From positions 13,082,001 through 13,146,000 of the forward strand of contig NC_043015.1 in NCBI RefSeq assembly GCF_006345805.1: a stretch of 64,000 nucleotides of DNA, read 5' to 3'. This stretch comes from Octopus sinensis. Its lineage: Eukaryota. Of this stretch, positions 38,407 through 52,142 are shown in pieces. Both the position numbers and the translations under genes were made by a program. Numbering within the stretch: position 1 is the stretch's first letter; the number at the start of each line of letters is the position of its first letter. Below the pieces are notes generated by a model, which worked only from the letters and a program-made list of their open reading frames with translations, was not told the DNA's origin and made no database searches.

Positions 38407-39996
38407 GTATAACTTTTAAATCCATCTCTGATAAAGGTTAGCCTTGATAGAACACACCAATGAGCAAAGGCATTCTAGCCATGACAATCTATGTGCAGAG
38501 AACTCAGGACAATATTATCCAATGTTTTATTTTTCCTAAGGAGGGATTTGAGGGACATTTCATTGATTTTTATTTTTTTTAGCAAGATGAGTGACTACAT
38601 TGTAACTCCTTCAATAGCTTATCCATATACTCGTACACTTCATCAATTTATAAATAGTTTGACTTTAAATTAAAATATATACTTCATTTATATTACATTC
38701 CTTAAACTTATAATTGAAAATAATTTCTGAAATATACAGGAACCCTTCATTTAAAAGACAAAGAATTTGTGTGACCATGCTTTTCTTAAATACATAAAGA
38801 ATTTCAAAAAATCAACTAGAAAAAAAAGAAAAATACTAAAAGTTAAATTAGTTTTGGTGTAAGTTTACCACAGTACACTGTTGCATCTTCTTGAATTCTG
38901 AATATCATCATTGACATCTTTTAGTATTTTTTCTTGTATGATGGCATGGGCTGGATGGTTTGACAGGATATGATGATGTGTCAGAGGACTGCATCATGCC
39001 CCAGATACTCTACCTAATGCCAACCTCTTTATAGAGTATACTGGGTGCCTCTTTGTAGTGCTAGGACTAGTGATGCCACCATGTGACACTGAGATCCCTT
39101 TTGTCTGAGTTGGGCTGCTGTATGGAGGGAGGCAGTTTTGTTAGGACATCAAAAGTTATAGTATGAAAGAAGGGATCAAGACCAGGATAGGTTTCTTGCT
39201 GTAGAGAAGCTATACTGCTACTCATATTATAGTAGAGGGGGTGGTACTAATAAGGGTAGAACTGGAAAGATATAAAATAGTGATGATGAGGTATTAGAAG
39301 CACCTTCAAGAGGAGTAGAAGTGAATGGGAACAGAAGAAGTGGGAATGTGGGTGGGTAGAAGTTGCAAAAGTGTTTGAGGTGAGTGAGAGAATATTAGAG
39401 GAGGGAATGGGTGAAAGACTGAATATAATGAATAAAAGAACTATATACTTTGGAAGGAAGGTAAAGAAGATTATGTGATGACTCTAGAGTTTGGGTAGGG
39501 TTAAGGAGTAGAGGCAGTGATATGTGGACAAGGGTGAAGGAGTGATCAATGATGCATAGGAGTTGAGTGGAGGAGGGGAGAGTTGGTGATGACTGACAGT
39601 ACATGAAGGAGTGAAGAGCAGCAGATAGAAGGATAAGAGAAAGAGTGAGATGACCTGTGGGGCTGGGATAGGTTTCAAGATTGTGAGGGGAGAGGTAGAA
39701 ATAGTGCATGGGGAAAGTGAGGAATATATGATGGTGGAAAAGGACAGATAATTGGTGGCACAAATAATCAATGTTAAATATGAAGTGGCAGGTGGGACAG
39801 TATTAAGAATGAATGATGAATATCAAGTGAAATTGTTTCCAGTATTAAGAAAATAACTGGCTTCAGGTAAAATGGTGATGTTCTCTCTTTATTTAATAAC
39901 AGAAGCTGAATATTGCAGTTGGGCAGGTAATAGAGGGGTCAGTGATGGGGATGGCTTGAGGAAGTAATTGTATGAGGGGGCTCAGTTGCATGTGTG

Positions 39997-40045
<49 letters not shown>

Positions 40046-40099
40046 TTGTGCTTCTAGAAACTCTTCCTGAGATCTTGGGTACTGCATATAATCAACCAC

Positions 40100-41065
40100 C
40101 CAGATCTTTGTCATCTACATGTTACTCAAGGTTCTGAGATCAACTTTCACTATGTTGCCCGACATCTTTTCTACAGTCTCCATTCATATTAAGTGGTCAG
40201 CATATTTTTATACAGCTGTTCTCATCCATATGCATCACTTATCTTACACCAGCACAATCTTTCTTAAAATCCAAATCGGATTCCTTTTATGCCTAGTTTT
40301 TCTCTGTCCATTTGTACTTTGTCATCCATGCACACTTACACTGTGCATCCAATAAAGTAATACTAGCTTAATTTCTTTCTAGCATCTGCAAGTACTCTGC
40401 ATTCAAGGTCCAAATCTTACCATGCAGCATTGTAGCATCATACAATCTGTCCTTCACTCTGAGGGAAAAGACCTTTCTTGTCAGCAGTTGTAGTAACTCT
40501 CTAAACCTTTTCCAATTTGTTTTTATCCTGGCTACTATACTTTTAGAGCAGCCATCTTCCTTGCTAATTATGTTACAAAAGCTACTGATACTACAAAATT
40601 CTGGTGTGCTTATAGTTTGTATTCTCTGGTGCATCTGTCACACATGAAGCTTACTTTCTCTGTAAGTCAGCCTGTGATTCCACTACACTACTTGTGTGTC
40701 CATAGCTTATGTTGGGTACAATGTATGGAGCTTATACTCTTTTTTCATTTATCAAGTAAAACTGTTTCCGTGAAGATACCAGGGTCCTGTCTTCTTTCTT
40801 ACTTACTAAAACCCTAGTTTTTGCTAAGTTTATCTTGAGATTTCTCAATTCTAAGTTTAGTTTCCAAGTGTAGAATTTCTTCTCTAATACCACTATAGAT
40901 ATAGCTATGGGAACTAGATCTTCAGCATATAGGAGTCTATGGACAGACAGTCTTAAATTCTTCTGTGATGGCCTCTAAGACTATGATTAACAGAAGAGAT
41001 CTAATGACTGAGCATTGAACTCTTACCTTCATGCTAAATTCATCACTGAAATCATAGTTGATTCT
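40100..41065 (-). pseudogene. Degenerate RTE LINE reverse transcriptase fragment
   Basis: LLIIVLEAITEEFK, LLYAEDL (YADD site), GCSKSIVARIKTNWKRFRELL...SLRVKDRLYDA; a tail-like sequence lies at about 38905-39060. Confidence 0.85.
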
Positions 41066-42581
41066 CTAATTTTTTTTTTTTATTTAAAAGTGATCATGTC
41101 CTTTGTTTTAACTACAGAAATATTAAGGAGGAAATAAAGATATATTTTGGTATTTTATGCAATGTTATCACCAGTTCGAATATGCCAGTGGCATGTTCAA
41201 ACTTGTAAGTAAGCCATTCACTGTCTTTTGTCATGGAGAAAATTTTTCACTGTAGACAACTGGTATAAATACACTTAAATCAGCTCTTTGGTATTTTAAT
41301 TATATTTGTCTGAAATTGAAGTTAAACTGGTTAATTCTTTCTTAAAACATTGATAAGATTCAGGCTTATCTTTCAGCTTTGTAGTAAAAGTAGATAAGAT
41401 TACTTTTGCTTCCTGGCTAGATTACTGATAGGATTTGAACTCAGGACTGCAAGTTAATGTATTACTCTTGAGTGATTAGATCTTACACTGGTTTCCAGTA
41501 GATATTCCAGTATTATGATCAGTGATACTACCTATTCAAAATTATAGTATGTGATTGAATATTCCCAAGATTCTGGTATTGGACAGGTTTAAATGATTTT
41601 CTATCTTCCAAATTCTACTCGCAAAGCTTGTGTGGATGTGAAGCTGTGGTACAAAACATTTGCTGAAGATGCTGTGCAATGCAATCAAACATAGAACTTT
41701 ATGATTGCATCAAACTTCTTAACCGATTGGCTAGGTCTGTGACTGCAATTCTGTAGTGCTATGTTGTTCACAGCATTAAGTTATGTCATCTCTGATGCCT
41801 ACTTGGTTATAGATAGAATTAACCATTGAAAGCAAAATGTTTTGCTCACTTCTGTTTACTGTCTGATTTAAAAAAAACATTTTTTATCAAGTTGGCTAAC
41901 TTTAATCTTGTATTTTTAACATTTCCTTGCATTGAATTATTATGAGAAGATTTATAACAGAACATTAAAAAACTTTTTGTTAAATTTGACACTTAAAGAC
42001 CATTTTTTATGTGCATAGAAATGTGGTCCAATAATGTTATGGTTTGATAGAACATGATAGTCAGATGGAGATTTTGTTTAGCTGTTCATATTCCATTCCT
42101 TAGCTATAAAACAGGAACTTAAAAGTGGAGGTTCCAAAAAGAAAGAAAAAAAAACTATCAAAGAATTGATTGCAGCAACTACAGTAGAATTTATTGATCT
42201 TGGCTTGGAATCTTGTGGGAATAAGATTAACAAATGTTGCATGATTTCATGTATTTGAGGATGAAAGACTATCCCTTATCAATGTTATCATCCTTATCTT
42301 TGCTGTTGTCATCTTTTTTTGACATTCCCATAATTCTTTATTTTATGTTAATTTTATCGAGCTGGCATAGACTGTTGCATGATAAGGCAAAACTGTTGTC
42401 ATGCTTGCTATTTCTCTGAGGATCATCTACAGAACTTATCAGGGTAATTATAGTTTTGACAATACTGCATTACCCTCTTTCATAGAATAGAAAAAAATTA
42501 ATTGGACTAATAACCTTTTCTTTTGTTGTTTTATCTACACTTTGTTTTGATTGGTATATTCTCTGAATGATTTTCTTTTTT

Positions 42582-42626
<45 letters not shown>

Positions 42627-42703
42627 CATCATCATCGTTTAACATCCACTTTCCATGCTAGCATGGGTTGGACGATTTGACTGAGGTCTGGCGAACCAGA
42701 TGG

Positions 42704-42734
<31 letters not shown>

Positions 42735-43627
42735 CATACAATGTGATTCTAAATTCCTGTAGAGGGTATATGGAAGACTAATGTACTTTAGTTTATGTGT
42801 ATATTTTCTTGACCTGGGATACGAATTGCACTCGTTCACTGTTTCATTTCAGTTTAATGTTTCATTTGTTCTGCTTATCTTAATGTTTTATTCGTTATTC
42901 AGAGTGAGGGCATTTGAAGATTATTGGGATAGTATGTATCGAAGTTAGCCTGTTTAAGCTTTATTGTTCTACATACAAATATACATTACTGATCTTAGAA
43001 ATTTAGTATAGTTTCTATTTAAACATTTCATGCTAAATATAACACTAGACATATATGAAATCAGTCTTTCATATTCCATTTGAGAAGCTTATCAAATGTT
43101 CACTACAAAGAATTCTTTGTAAATCCACTAAGTTTGTTGCCAACATTGAAAGTGATAAATTCTAGTTACAATAATCAATACTTGCACATTTTGGAAATTG
43201 TGGTCATCTGATTTTAATCGGTTAGAATATCTGAGGAATTGTAATTTTGCTTCATATATTGTATCTTGAGTGTTATAAGTGCATTGCAATTTGATTATTC
43301 TAATTTTTCTTATCAATACATATAAAATAGAATTAGTTGTAATATTGTTTGTCCAGTGAATAAATGAAAATATTTTATTATGTACACATTCAGAGTATTT
43401 TGATTTATAATAATCTTTCTGTGAATCATAGACATGGTGGATTTGTTTGTTAATTCAAGTTTTAAATGCATTAATGCTAATTCAATGAATTTTCCTGATT
43501 TTTTTTTTTGTCTTATTTTATTAAACAATTGAAATCAGCTTAACTTAATATCTTACAACTAGAAAGGTAGTTTCTAAAATACAGTCAGATGATTGTACTG
43601 AATTATATCCATTGTTTAGTGTACTTA

Positions 43628-44480
43628 AGGTGGCAAGCTGTCAGAATTGTTAACAAAATGCGTAACTGCATTTCGTCTGTCTTTATGATCTGAGTTCAAA
43701 TTCCACTGAGGTCGATGTTGCCTTTCATCTTTTGGGGGGTCAATAAAAAAAAAAATGACCAGTTGAGCACTGGAGTTGATTTAATTGACTTATCCCCTTC
43801 CCTGAAATGGTCAAAATTTGAAACCAGTATTTAGTGTGCTTAACCCTTTAGCATTCAAATTGTTCTGTCAAATGTAATGCTTATTTATTCACATTGTTTT
43901 GAATTTATCATGCATTATCTTGTAGCTATGAGATTTCAATGATGCGATTGCATATTTTAAGAATGATATGGTAGGGTTGGTGTGGGAGGCCAGATCTAGC
44001 TGGTTTTAACAGAGTATTTGGGCTGGATATGGCCTGTTTAAATGCTAAAGGGTTAAGGCGTTGTAATGGCAGAATCATTACCATGCCAAGCAAGATGCTT
44101 AGCAGCATTTCATCCATCTTTACAATCTGATTTCAAATTCTGCTGGGGTTGACTTTGCCGTTCATTCCTTTGGAGTTGATAAAATAAGTACCAGTATTCA
44201 ACTGGTCACTGTAACCAACTTAACCCTCCCTAAAATTGCTGGCCTTGTGCCAAAATTTGAAATATTTAAAGTGCTTATTTCTGGCAGTATCAGTAGCATA
44301 TTGAGCAAAAATGTTGTTTCATTATCTTCCTTTACATTCAGAGCTCAAATTACACTGACATTGACCTTGTCTTTCACCCTTCTGAGGTTGATAAAATGAG
44401 TTGCAGTGAATTACTGGGGTTGAAAGCAAGGCACCAGCATGGCCACAATCCAATGACTGAAACCAGTAAGGGAATAACAG
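43628..44480 (+). mobile_element. Three tandem ~215-bp SINE copies
   Basis: Units at about 43628-43830, 44056-44265 and 44280-44420 with (gag)ttcaaatt and cctttcatc-type motifs. Confidence 0.8.
43844..44052. mobile_element. piggyBac-type MITE
   Basis: TTAA on both sides; TIR ccctttagcatt / aatgctaaaggg. Confidence 0.88.
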
Positions 44481-45151
44481 AATATCATAAAGTGTTTCCT
44501 ATATTGAAATGATTAAATACATATCTATGGGTTCATAAATAAATTCATGCCAGTGATAATCAACTAGCCTATTTGTAGTTTTGTGTGTGTATTTCATGGT
44601 TTGGTCTACAGCAGCTTTTTATTTTGACTCTGTATATCTCACCTTTTCTATCAGTGGTAATAGTTGTGCAAGTGAGCATTAAATAATGAGATAAAGACTT
44701 TCTAACAGCTGTCAACAATCAAAAGGCCTTAAAAAAGTTTGAAACGCCTCAGTGGCCTACACATGGGCCCACATGTTGCTAACCCTTATTCTAGAGGAAT
44801 GCCTCTATCTCTAGCCTTTGCAAACCATATAAGAAAAGTTCATGCACAGATACACTCTTAACAAGGACTGAAAAATCTTGAGGAAAAGCCCTAACATGAC
44901 TTAACATAAAGCCACTTCAAGAACTAAATGTAAATGAAGTGAAATAGTTGCAGTTTTATTTCCTACTGTACATAGCATGACCGATATTAAACACATGCAT
45001 TCACAAACTGAATTTATACATGTAACAAAATCAGTTTTTTTATATTTGATTATTTGTCTATATATATTGTTGTTACCAGTGTATTTTACAGATTGGACTG
45101 AAAATATTATTAGAATTATTTAATATAAAAATATATCTTTTTATATTACAG

Positions 45152-45190
45152 ATGGCCCGCCTGCATTAACATCTTCACAAATCCGAATGT
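45152..45190 (+). CDS. Candidate 39-nt frame-preserving internal exon of an unidentified gene
   Basis: tctttttatattacAG|ATGGCCCGCCTGCATTAACATCTTCACAAATCCGAATGT|GTAAGT; more GC than its flanks; open as (D)GPPALTSSQIRM (phase 1) or WPACINIFTNPN (phase 2). Confidence 0.7.
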
Positions 45191-45817
45191 GTAAGTAACT
45201 ATTTTGTTATACTTTTTACACTCTCCATTAATTAACATTGAAAATGATCTCATCACCTCCTTTAACATCTGTTTCAGACCACACATAGAAAAGTACATAT
45301 ATTTTAACCAAGATTTTAACTTAAATATATCTTACGCTTTCATTTGGTTAATACTAGAATAATGTATATACCTATACATGGTTATAGTTAATATACTAAA
45401 CCTCTCATGTTTTGATTATTATGAAATTAAAGACATGGATATTAGGAATATAGCCATGAATGAGATAAAGCACCATTGATTGATGTTTAGCCCTAGGTCA
45501 GTGCTAATTGAATAGCCCTATGATCAAAAGTCATTCAGCTATGATTACTCTGTTGTTTTAGTGATTTCAAGCAGACCACCTACAGACTGCCTTCTTGATT
45601 TTTATTCTTTTACTAGATGAAAATTTTATTTAAAGTATAAAAACGTAAGATGTTTTCTTTTTATTAGCACTTCCAATATTTCATATCTAATTCTGAAATA
45701 TTGTATAATTAAGTTATTTTTTTCCCCTTAACACTTTTAGACTATTAATTCACATCCTGCTTCTAATATTCACTTGCAAACGTTTATAATTATGCATTTG
45801 GAAAATATTCTACATTA

Positions 45818-46624
45818 AATCAAAAAATCAAACAAAATCAAAATAGATGAACATCAATGGAATTTGTATCTTTGTGGTACCAGTGCCGGTGGCACACAAG
45901 AAAACCATCTGAACGTGGCCGTAGCCAGTACCGCACTGACTGGCCTCCATGCTGTGGGCACGTAACAATCACCATCCAATCGTGGCCGATCGCCAGCCTA
46001 ATCTGGCTCCTGTGTCGGTGGCACATAAAAAACACCATCCGAGCGTGGTCGTCTGGCACCTGTGTCGGTGGCACATAAAAACACCATCCGAGCGTGGCCG
46101 TTCGCCAGCCTCGTCTGGCACCTGTGTCGGTGGCACATAAAAACACCATCCGAGCATGGTCGTCTGCTAGCCTTGTCTGGCACCTGTGTCGGTGGCACAT
46201 AAAAACACCATCCGAGCGTGGCCGTTCGCCAGCCTCGTCTGGCACCTGTGTTGGTGGCACATAAAAACACCATCCGAGCATGGTCGTCTGCTAGCCTTGT
46301 CTGGCACCTGTGTCGGTGGCACATAAAAACACCATCCGAGCGTGGCCGTTCGCCAGTTTCGTCTGGCACCCATGTCGGTGGCACATAAAAACACCATCCG
46401 AGCGTGGCTGTTCGCCAGCCTCGTCTGGCACCTGTGTCGGTGGCACATAAAATCACCCACTACACTCTCGGAGTGGTTGGCGTTAGGAAGGGCATCCAGC
46501 TGTAGAAACACTGCCAGATCTGACTGGCCTGGTGCAGCCTTCGGGCTCCCCAGACCCCAGTTGAACCGTCCAACCCATGCTAGCATGGAAAGCGGACGTT
46601 AAATGATGATGATGATGATGATGA
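45818..46624 (+). mobile_element. Second young copy of the RTE 3' UTR with a 62-bp tandem array
   Basis: Tail 46453-46623 almost identical to 34350-34520; unit tgtgtcggtggcacataaaaacaccatccgagcgtggccgttcgccagcctcgtctggcacc. Confidence 0.88.
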
Positions 46625-47229
46625 AATTATTATGATCTAATGAGAAAGCCCCTCTTGGATTGTTCAACTTGCTAGAAATAACAAAGAACTCTACTCAAAT
46701 CATATCTGACCTTAGATCATAGACCTGGTACATTTGGGTAGACATAAAACTAAACAATGCATGAGTACTATCTACAGATCTGTGAATGATATATACATAC
46801 ACACACACATACACACACAAGCACTCACATTTCTTCTAGACCCCATATGAAGAAAGCTATGTAACCGAGAGACAAACTTTCCTTCATCAACACTCAAATA
46901 TTGGATTATTAATTTATTTTTTCATTTGTACTGAAGACACTAGTCTAAAAATTATTACATTAGATCTATCATAGATTGTTAGTTCTGCCTTAGATCTCCA
47001 AATTTTCCATATCAAACAACATAATATAGGTTATGCATAAACTACCTATACACACAAACAAAAATACATATAATGAAAAACCAACAGGATGTATGGGAAA
47101 TAGTTTATTGTTAGGTCAAACCTTCACAGTTCCAGTTACTACATATCAACATCTTGCTAGAACAATACTATATCATCATCTTAAAATACACTGTCTCATA
47201 CACAGTCCAGAAAAACATTAAAGAAACAC

Positions 47230-47601
47230 TCACTCACTCACTCAGCGTGCGTCTGTCTGTGTGTCTGTCTGTGTATCTGTCTGTCTGTCTGTGTGTCTGT
47301 CTGTGTCTGTCTGTCTGTCTGTCTCTGTCTGTCTGTCTGTGTGTCTGTCTCTGTGTGTCTCTCTGTCTCTCTCTCTTACTGTCTCTCTCTCTTACTGTCT
47401 CTCTCTCTTACTGTCTCTCTCTCTTACTGTCTCTCTCTCTTACTGTCTCTCTCTCTTACTGTCTCTCTCTCTTACTGTCTCTCTCTGTGTCTGTCTCTGT
47501 CTGTCTCTGTCTGTCTCTCTGTCTCTCTCTGTCTTTCTCTGTCTTTCTCTGTCTCTCTCTGTCTCTGTCTGTCTCAGTCTGTCTCTCTCTCTCTCTCTCT
47601 C
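47230..47601. repeat. Compound (TCTG)/(TC)n microsatellite with a 16-18 bp ctcttactgtctctct minisatellite
   Basis: Direct reading. Confidence 0.92.
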
Positions 47602-49209
47602 AAAAATAGCATTAATGGTCTCACTAATCCTAATCACAATACTAGGATGCATATGACTGATTAATATAGCAGAACAACTATTCTACTCCAGCTAAATTCC
47701 CCTTTATAGCCTTCACAGACCTTATTGGCATGCAAGAACAAATTGGACTATGAAAAATACAGCCATATGCTTAATCTTCTATATGTCTCTCCTGCATTAA
47801 ACTATTGCATGTATTAGTACAGTATGGTTAGGTAGAGGCATGGATCTATGGATTAACTTGATTTGTCAGCCATCCATGTGCTATAGTTCAGCTCAGTCAA
47901 GGTTTATCTGGTGGCTTAACAGCCACAACTACTGGCTTGCTTTTCTTGTGTCTCCTGAACTTGCTGAGTCTTTGTTACTCTCACTATAACCCATTTGATA
48001 CACTCATCTTTTTTGTCTTTCCTATCATTATTACTTCACTTGGAAGAGCTGGCAGAATCATTAGCATTTCTTCCAGCTCTTTATATTTTGAATTCAAATT
48101 CCGCTGAGGTCAGCTTTTCCTTTCATCTATTTAAATTTGATAAAATGTGTGTTGAGTCTTGGGGTTGACTTAACCCTTCCTCAAAAAATTACTGACCTTG
48201 AGCCAAAATTTAAAACAATTTTTATTTCATTTCAACCTCTGCGTTGTCTTGTCTTTCTTTCTCTGGAATAGAGACTTCGGATTTTATTTCCCATTCATCT
48301 CCACCTACTATCTGTAATTAGACACACTAATTATGACACTAACATAAATTTATCTCTTCTCTAGTGTGAGCAGATTTGATAAAATTTATGGGCAATGCTA
48401 TTCTTTTCCCTACTATATAAGTTGATCTAAGTTATGAAAATTTGCATCATAGTTTTTGATTTACGATCAGAAAATGTGAAAGAAATACGAACAAGCTTTT
48501 TAAAATGTATTAACAAACCTATACACAGAAATTTACAAAGTGTAACTCTGAAGCATTTTCACTTTTTATAAAGGTAAAAATGTCTCATTTCTAAAGATTA
48601 GAAATAGTTTCTTTCAAATCTTTAAATAAGATTTAAGAAACCATATATGTATTCATGCGAGCTTTTCATAATTGGTGTATTTTCAAATTTTTCTTAAGTT
48701 TTCAACTCTTGGTTTACTGGTTATTTTAATTTGCAATAACAATTTCCTTAATGTTCTTGACTACGTTCATGTTACATTTAGAAACTATTACCCAGTTTTA
48801 TTCAAATGGTTGTGATGATCTGTATTTTAGACATTGAAATATTTGTATTCTTGACAGTGAAAAATATTTCAGTCTATATATCTTTACATTAATATTGTTT
48901 TTTGTTTTATCACATGAAAACATAAAAGTACCTAATACATCTTTTGTATCAGAAGCCTGCAGAGAAAGTATTTATGTGTCATATAAACTGGATTACAAAC
49001 CCAAATCTAAATGTTCTGTATAATCAACATTGTGGATGACCATACTCAATAGCAGGTTGTATGTGGAGTGTGTGTGTGTGTAACACATACATATGTATAT
49101 GACACTTTTATGATTTTCTTCCAAAATATTTAACACTCATTTTCTATCATCTTTAAATCCTTACGATTTTTATTTATCTTCAATTCTTTATGATTTTTAT
49201 AATATTTAA

Positions 49210-49430
49210 CCCTTTTGTTACTAACCCGGCCAAAACCGGCTCTGGCTCTGTGGTAAAATGTCTTGTTTTCATAAGCTTTGAATTAAAATCTTCCACCAAA
49301 CCTTAGTCACAATTTATGTTCCTAACACTTGCTTAATGATAACTAAGTTATTTTACTAAATTCTTTGTTATATTTAAAATTAATTGAAAGAAACACAGAG
49401 CATCTCAAAATAAATACAGTAACAAAAGGG
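49210..49430. mobile_element. piggyBac-type MITE
   Basis: TTAA TSD; perfect 13-bp TIR cccttttgttact / agtaacaaaaggg. Confidence 0.9.
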
Positions 49431-50119
49431 TTAATGAAAAATATTTGCTTCTGTTTAGCTCCATGTGGTATGCATTAAACTTATTTTGTCAAAACTGATT
49501 CAGGCTGATGCTGAGAAAACATGATTTAACTTGTGTTATGGATGGCTATTTGTTGCTACTGTATATGACCATATGTCTTTATATAGAATCTGAAGAATGG
49601 AGGCACCAAAATAAGGAATCTTAGCTTTTTGTAGAAATGATTTGCTAAATCATTTATTAGTGATTTTATTCATTGTATTAGTAGATCTTGTTTACTTGTT
49701 TCAGTCATTGGACTGCAGTCATGCTGGTGTACCAGCTCGAAGGGTTTAGTAAAATAAATTGACCCCAGTAATTATTTTTTAAATCTGTTATTTATCCTCT
49801 TTTGCTGAGTCACTGAATTATGGAGGAGCAAGTAAACCAACACTGGTTGTCAAGCAATAGTGGGGGGCAAATACAAAGACACAGTCCCATACATAGATAC
49901 ACACACACACACACACACATACATGATAGGCTTCCACACAGTTTCCATCTATCAAATTTACTCACAAGGCATTAGTTGGCCTGGGGCTATAGTAGAAGAT
50001 ATTTGCTCAAGGTATTGAAATGTATAGGTTTAAATCTTTGCAGTGGGGTAATATGTAATTTAGTATATGGCTATGATAGGCACAGGCATAGTTGTGTGAT
50101 TAAGAAGTTCATGTTACAA

Positions 50120-50625
50120 CAGGGGTGGGGAAACCCCCACATGCATGCACAATTGTGCCCACAGGCTGGTGTACTCATATGTACAAAATATAGTAAATTT
50201 TTCAATTATAAAATTTATACAATATTCGTATGCCTATTTTTGACATAGGCTGCATTTCCACTATGACTTAAAATGGTTAGACTCGAACAGAAAATCGTCC
50301 AGTAATTGCTATTTGAATGGAAATTTGCTTTCACTATAAAACACATATTGCTAGGTTTGTACCTCCACCCCTGAGACCCAACTACACTAACTGAAAAATA
50401 TAGAATACCTCGTAAGTAATATAAATGTCATAAATTCAGTGGTGGCGTTAATGAAGATGTTACATGTTAGTTTAATGTTAAACTTATTTTTATTAATGTG
50501 TATCGAATTATACATAGATATATACAAACTTTACACAGATATAAGAGTTAGAACTTGTGATCCACCCAAGGACCTTTTTCTTTGGAAATGTTTGCCCACT
50601 GCACTAAAAAGTTTCTCTACCCCTA
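50120..50625. mobile_element. hAT (Charlie-type) MITE inserted in a SINE head
   Basis: TIR caggggtggggaaac / gtttctctaccccta; 8-bp TSD tgttacaa / tgctacaa. Confidence 0.8.
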
Positions 50626-51289
50626 TGCTACAACTATGTAGTTCTGAGTCTATGAAACTCTCTGATACCATAGATAAGTGACTCTTGCATTAACCAACAC
50701 ATTATGATAGAAATTTATCTGATGGGGACTTCTGAAGCTTGTCTTGTATGCTTGTTAGCTCTACCAATGTGTATCAGTGAAAGATTTGTAGAAATGGCAA
50801 TAAGAAAACTGGTGTTCTTTGAATAAAGTCCTCTGCAATATTTGTTTTGCACAGTTATTGACAATCCTTTGTAACTTTTGTTGTCAGAAAAGCAGTGAAC
50901 TAGTAATTTGCCCATTGGATACCTGCTATTTTTCACAAGTTGCAATATGAAATAAATGAATAGTCCTTATGACCTCTTCATCTTTACATGGTTGGCAAAG
51001 CCTTTTAGTGAGGGAGTAGAATGGAACTGTTTTTATAGCCAAGGAAAAAAATTAAAAAACCCAACAATTGCTGAAGGTTTATGAAACAGCCTGTTTTTTT
51101 GTTCCCCCAAATATTTTAATGTTTTCAGTAGTATATTCCTACATAAAATTCTGTGTGTTATCAAAGTAATGAAAACAGTTTTCTTCACAAAATCTTGCAA
51201 ATTGTGGTTCAACTTTTGTAGCTTCATATTCAAAACTGACACTGACTTATAAATGGATTTAATATATTTCCTCTCTGAAGTTAGCTCAG

Positions 51290-52142
51290 TCATGACTTTC
51301 CAACCACATGGTTTCAGGTTCAATCCATTGTATGGTATCTTGGGCACGTGTCTTCTATTGTAGCCCTGGGCTGACTAAAGTCTTGTGAGTGGGTTTGGTA
51401 AATGGAAGCTGGAAGAAGCCCAGTGTGTGTGTGTCTTTGTATCACCTTTTCTTAACATCGTGAGATAACTGTAAATGTATGTTACTGTCATGCAAGCAGT
51501 ATCATTAATTTTCAATACTCTGCAAAAACATGTCTGGCCATGGAGAGATATTACCTTTCTTGGAAATCGAAATCAAATTCCATGACTGGCATTCGTGCTA
51601 GTGGAGCGCTAAGAGCACCATCCGAGCGTGGTCATTGCCAGAGCAGCTGACTGGCTTCCATGCCAGCGGTGCGTAAAAAACACCATTTGAGCGTGATTGT
51701 TACCAGCATTGCTTTACTGGCACTTGTGCCAGTGGCACATGAAAAAATATCTGAGCAAGGTCATTGCCAGTGCTGCTGGACTGGCTCCTGAGCAGGTGGC
51801 ATGTAAAAAACACCATTTTAGCATGGTTGTTTCCAGTACCGCCTGACTTGCCCTCATGCTGGTGGCACATAAAAGCACCCACTACACTCTCAGAGTGGTT
51901 GGCATTAGGAAGGGCATCCAGCTGTAGAAACTCTACCAGATCAGATTGGAGCCTGGTGCAGCCATCTGGTTCGCCAGTCCTCAGTCAAATCGTCCAACCC
52001 ATGCCAGCATGGAAAGCAGACGTTAAACGATGATGATGATAATGGAAACAGATGAGAGTTGGCAACAGGAAGGCCATCCAGCTATAGACAATCTATATGG
52101 ATCCCTCTGACCCATGTAAGTATGGTAAAATGGACATTAAAA
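51290..52142 (+). mobile_element. tRNA-SINE with a nested RTE-tail element (51567-52042)
   Basis: Host SINE is split at a duplicated tggaaa (51561-66 / 52043-48); the insert ends in cgttaaacgatgatgatgat. Confidence 0.8.

Noticed and set aside
46011-46452. CRISPR-like appearance of the 62-bp arrays (also 34120-34350)
   Set aside because: No unique spacers, no cas genes, eukaryotic LINE 3' UTR context.
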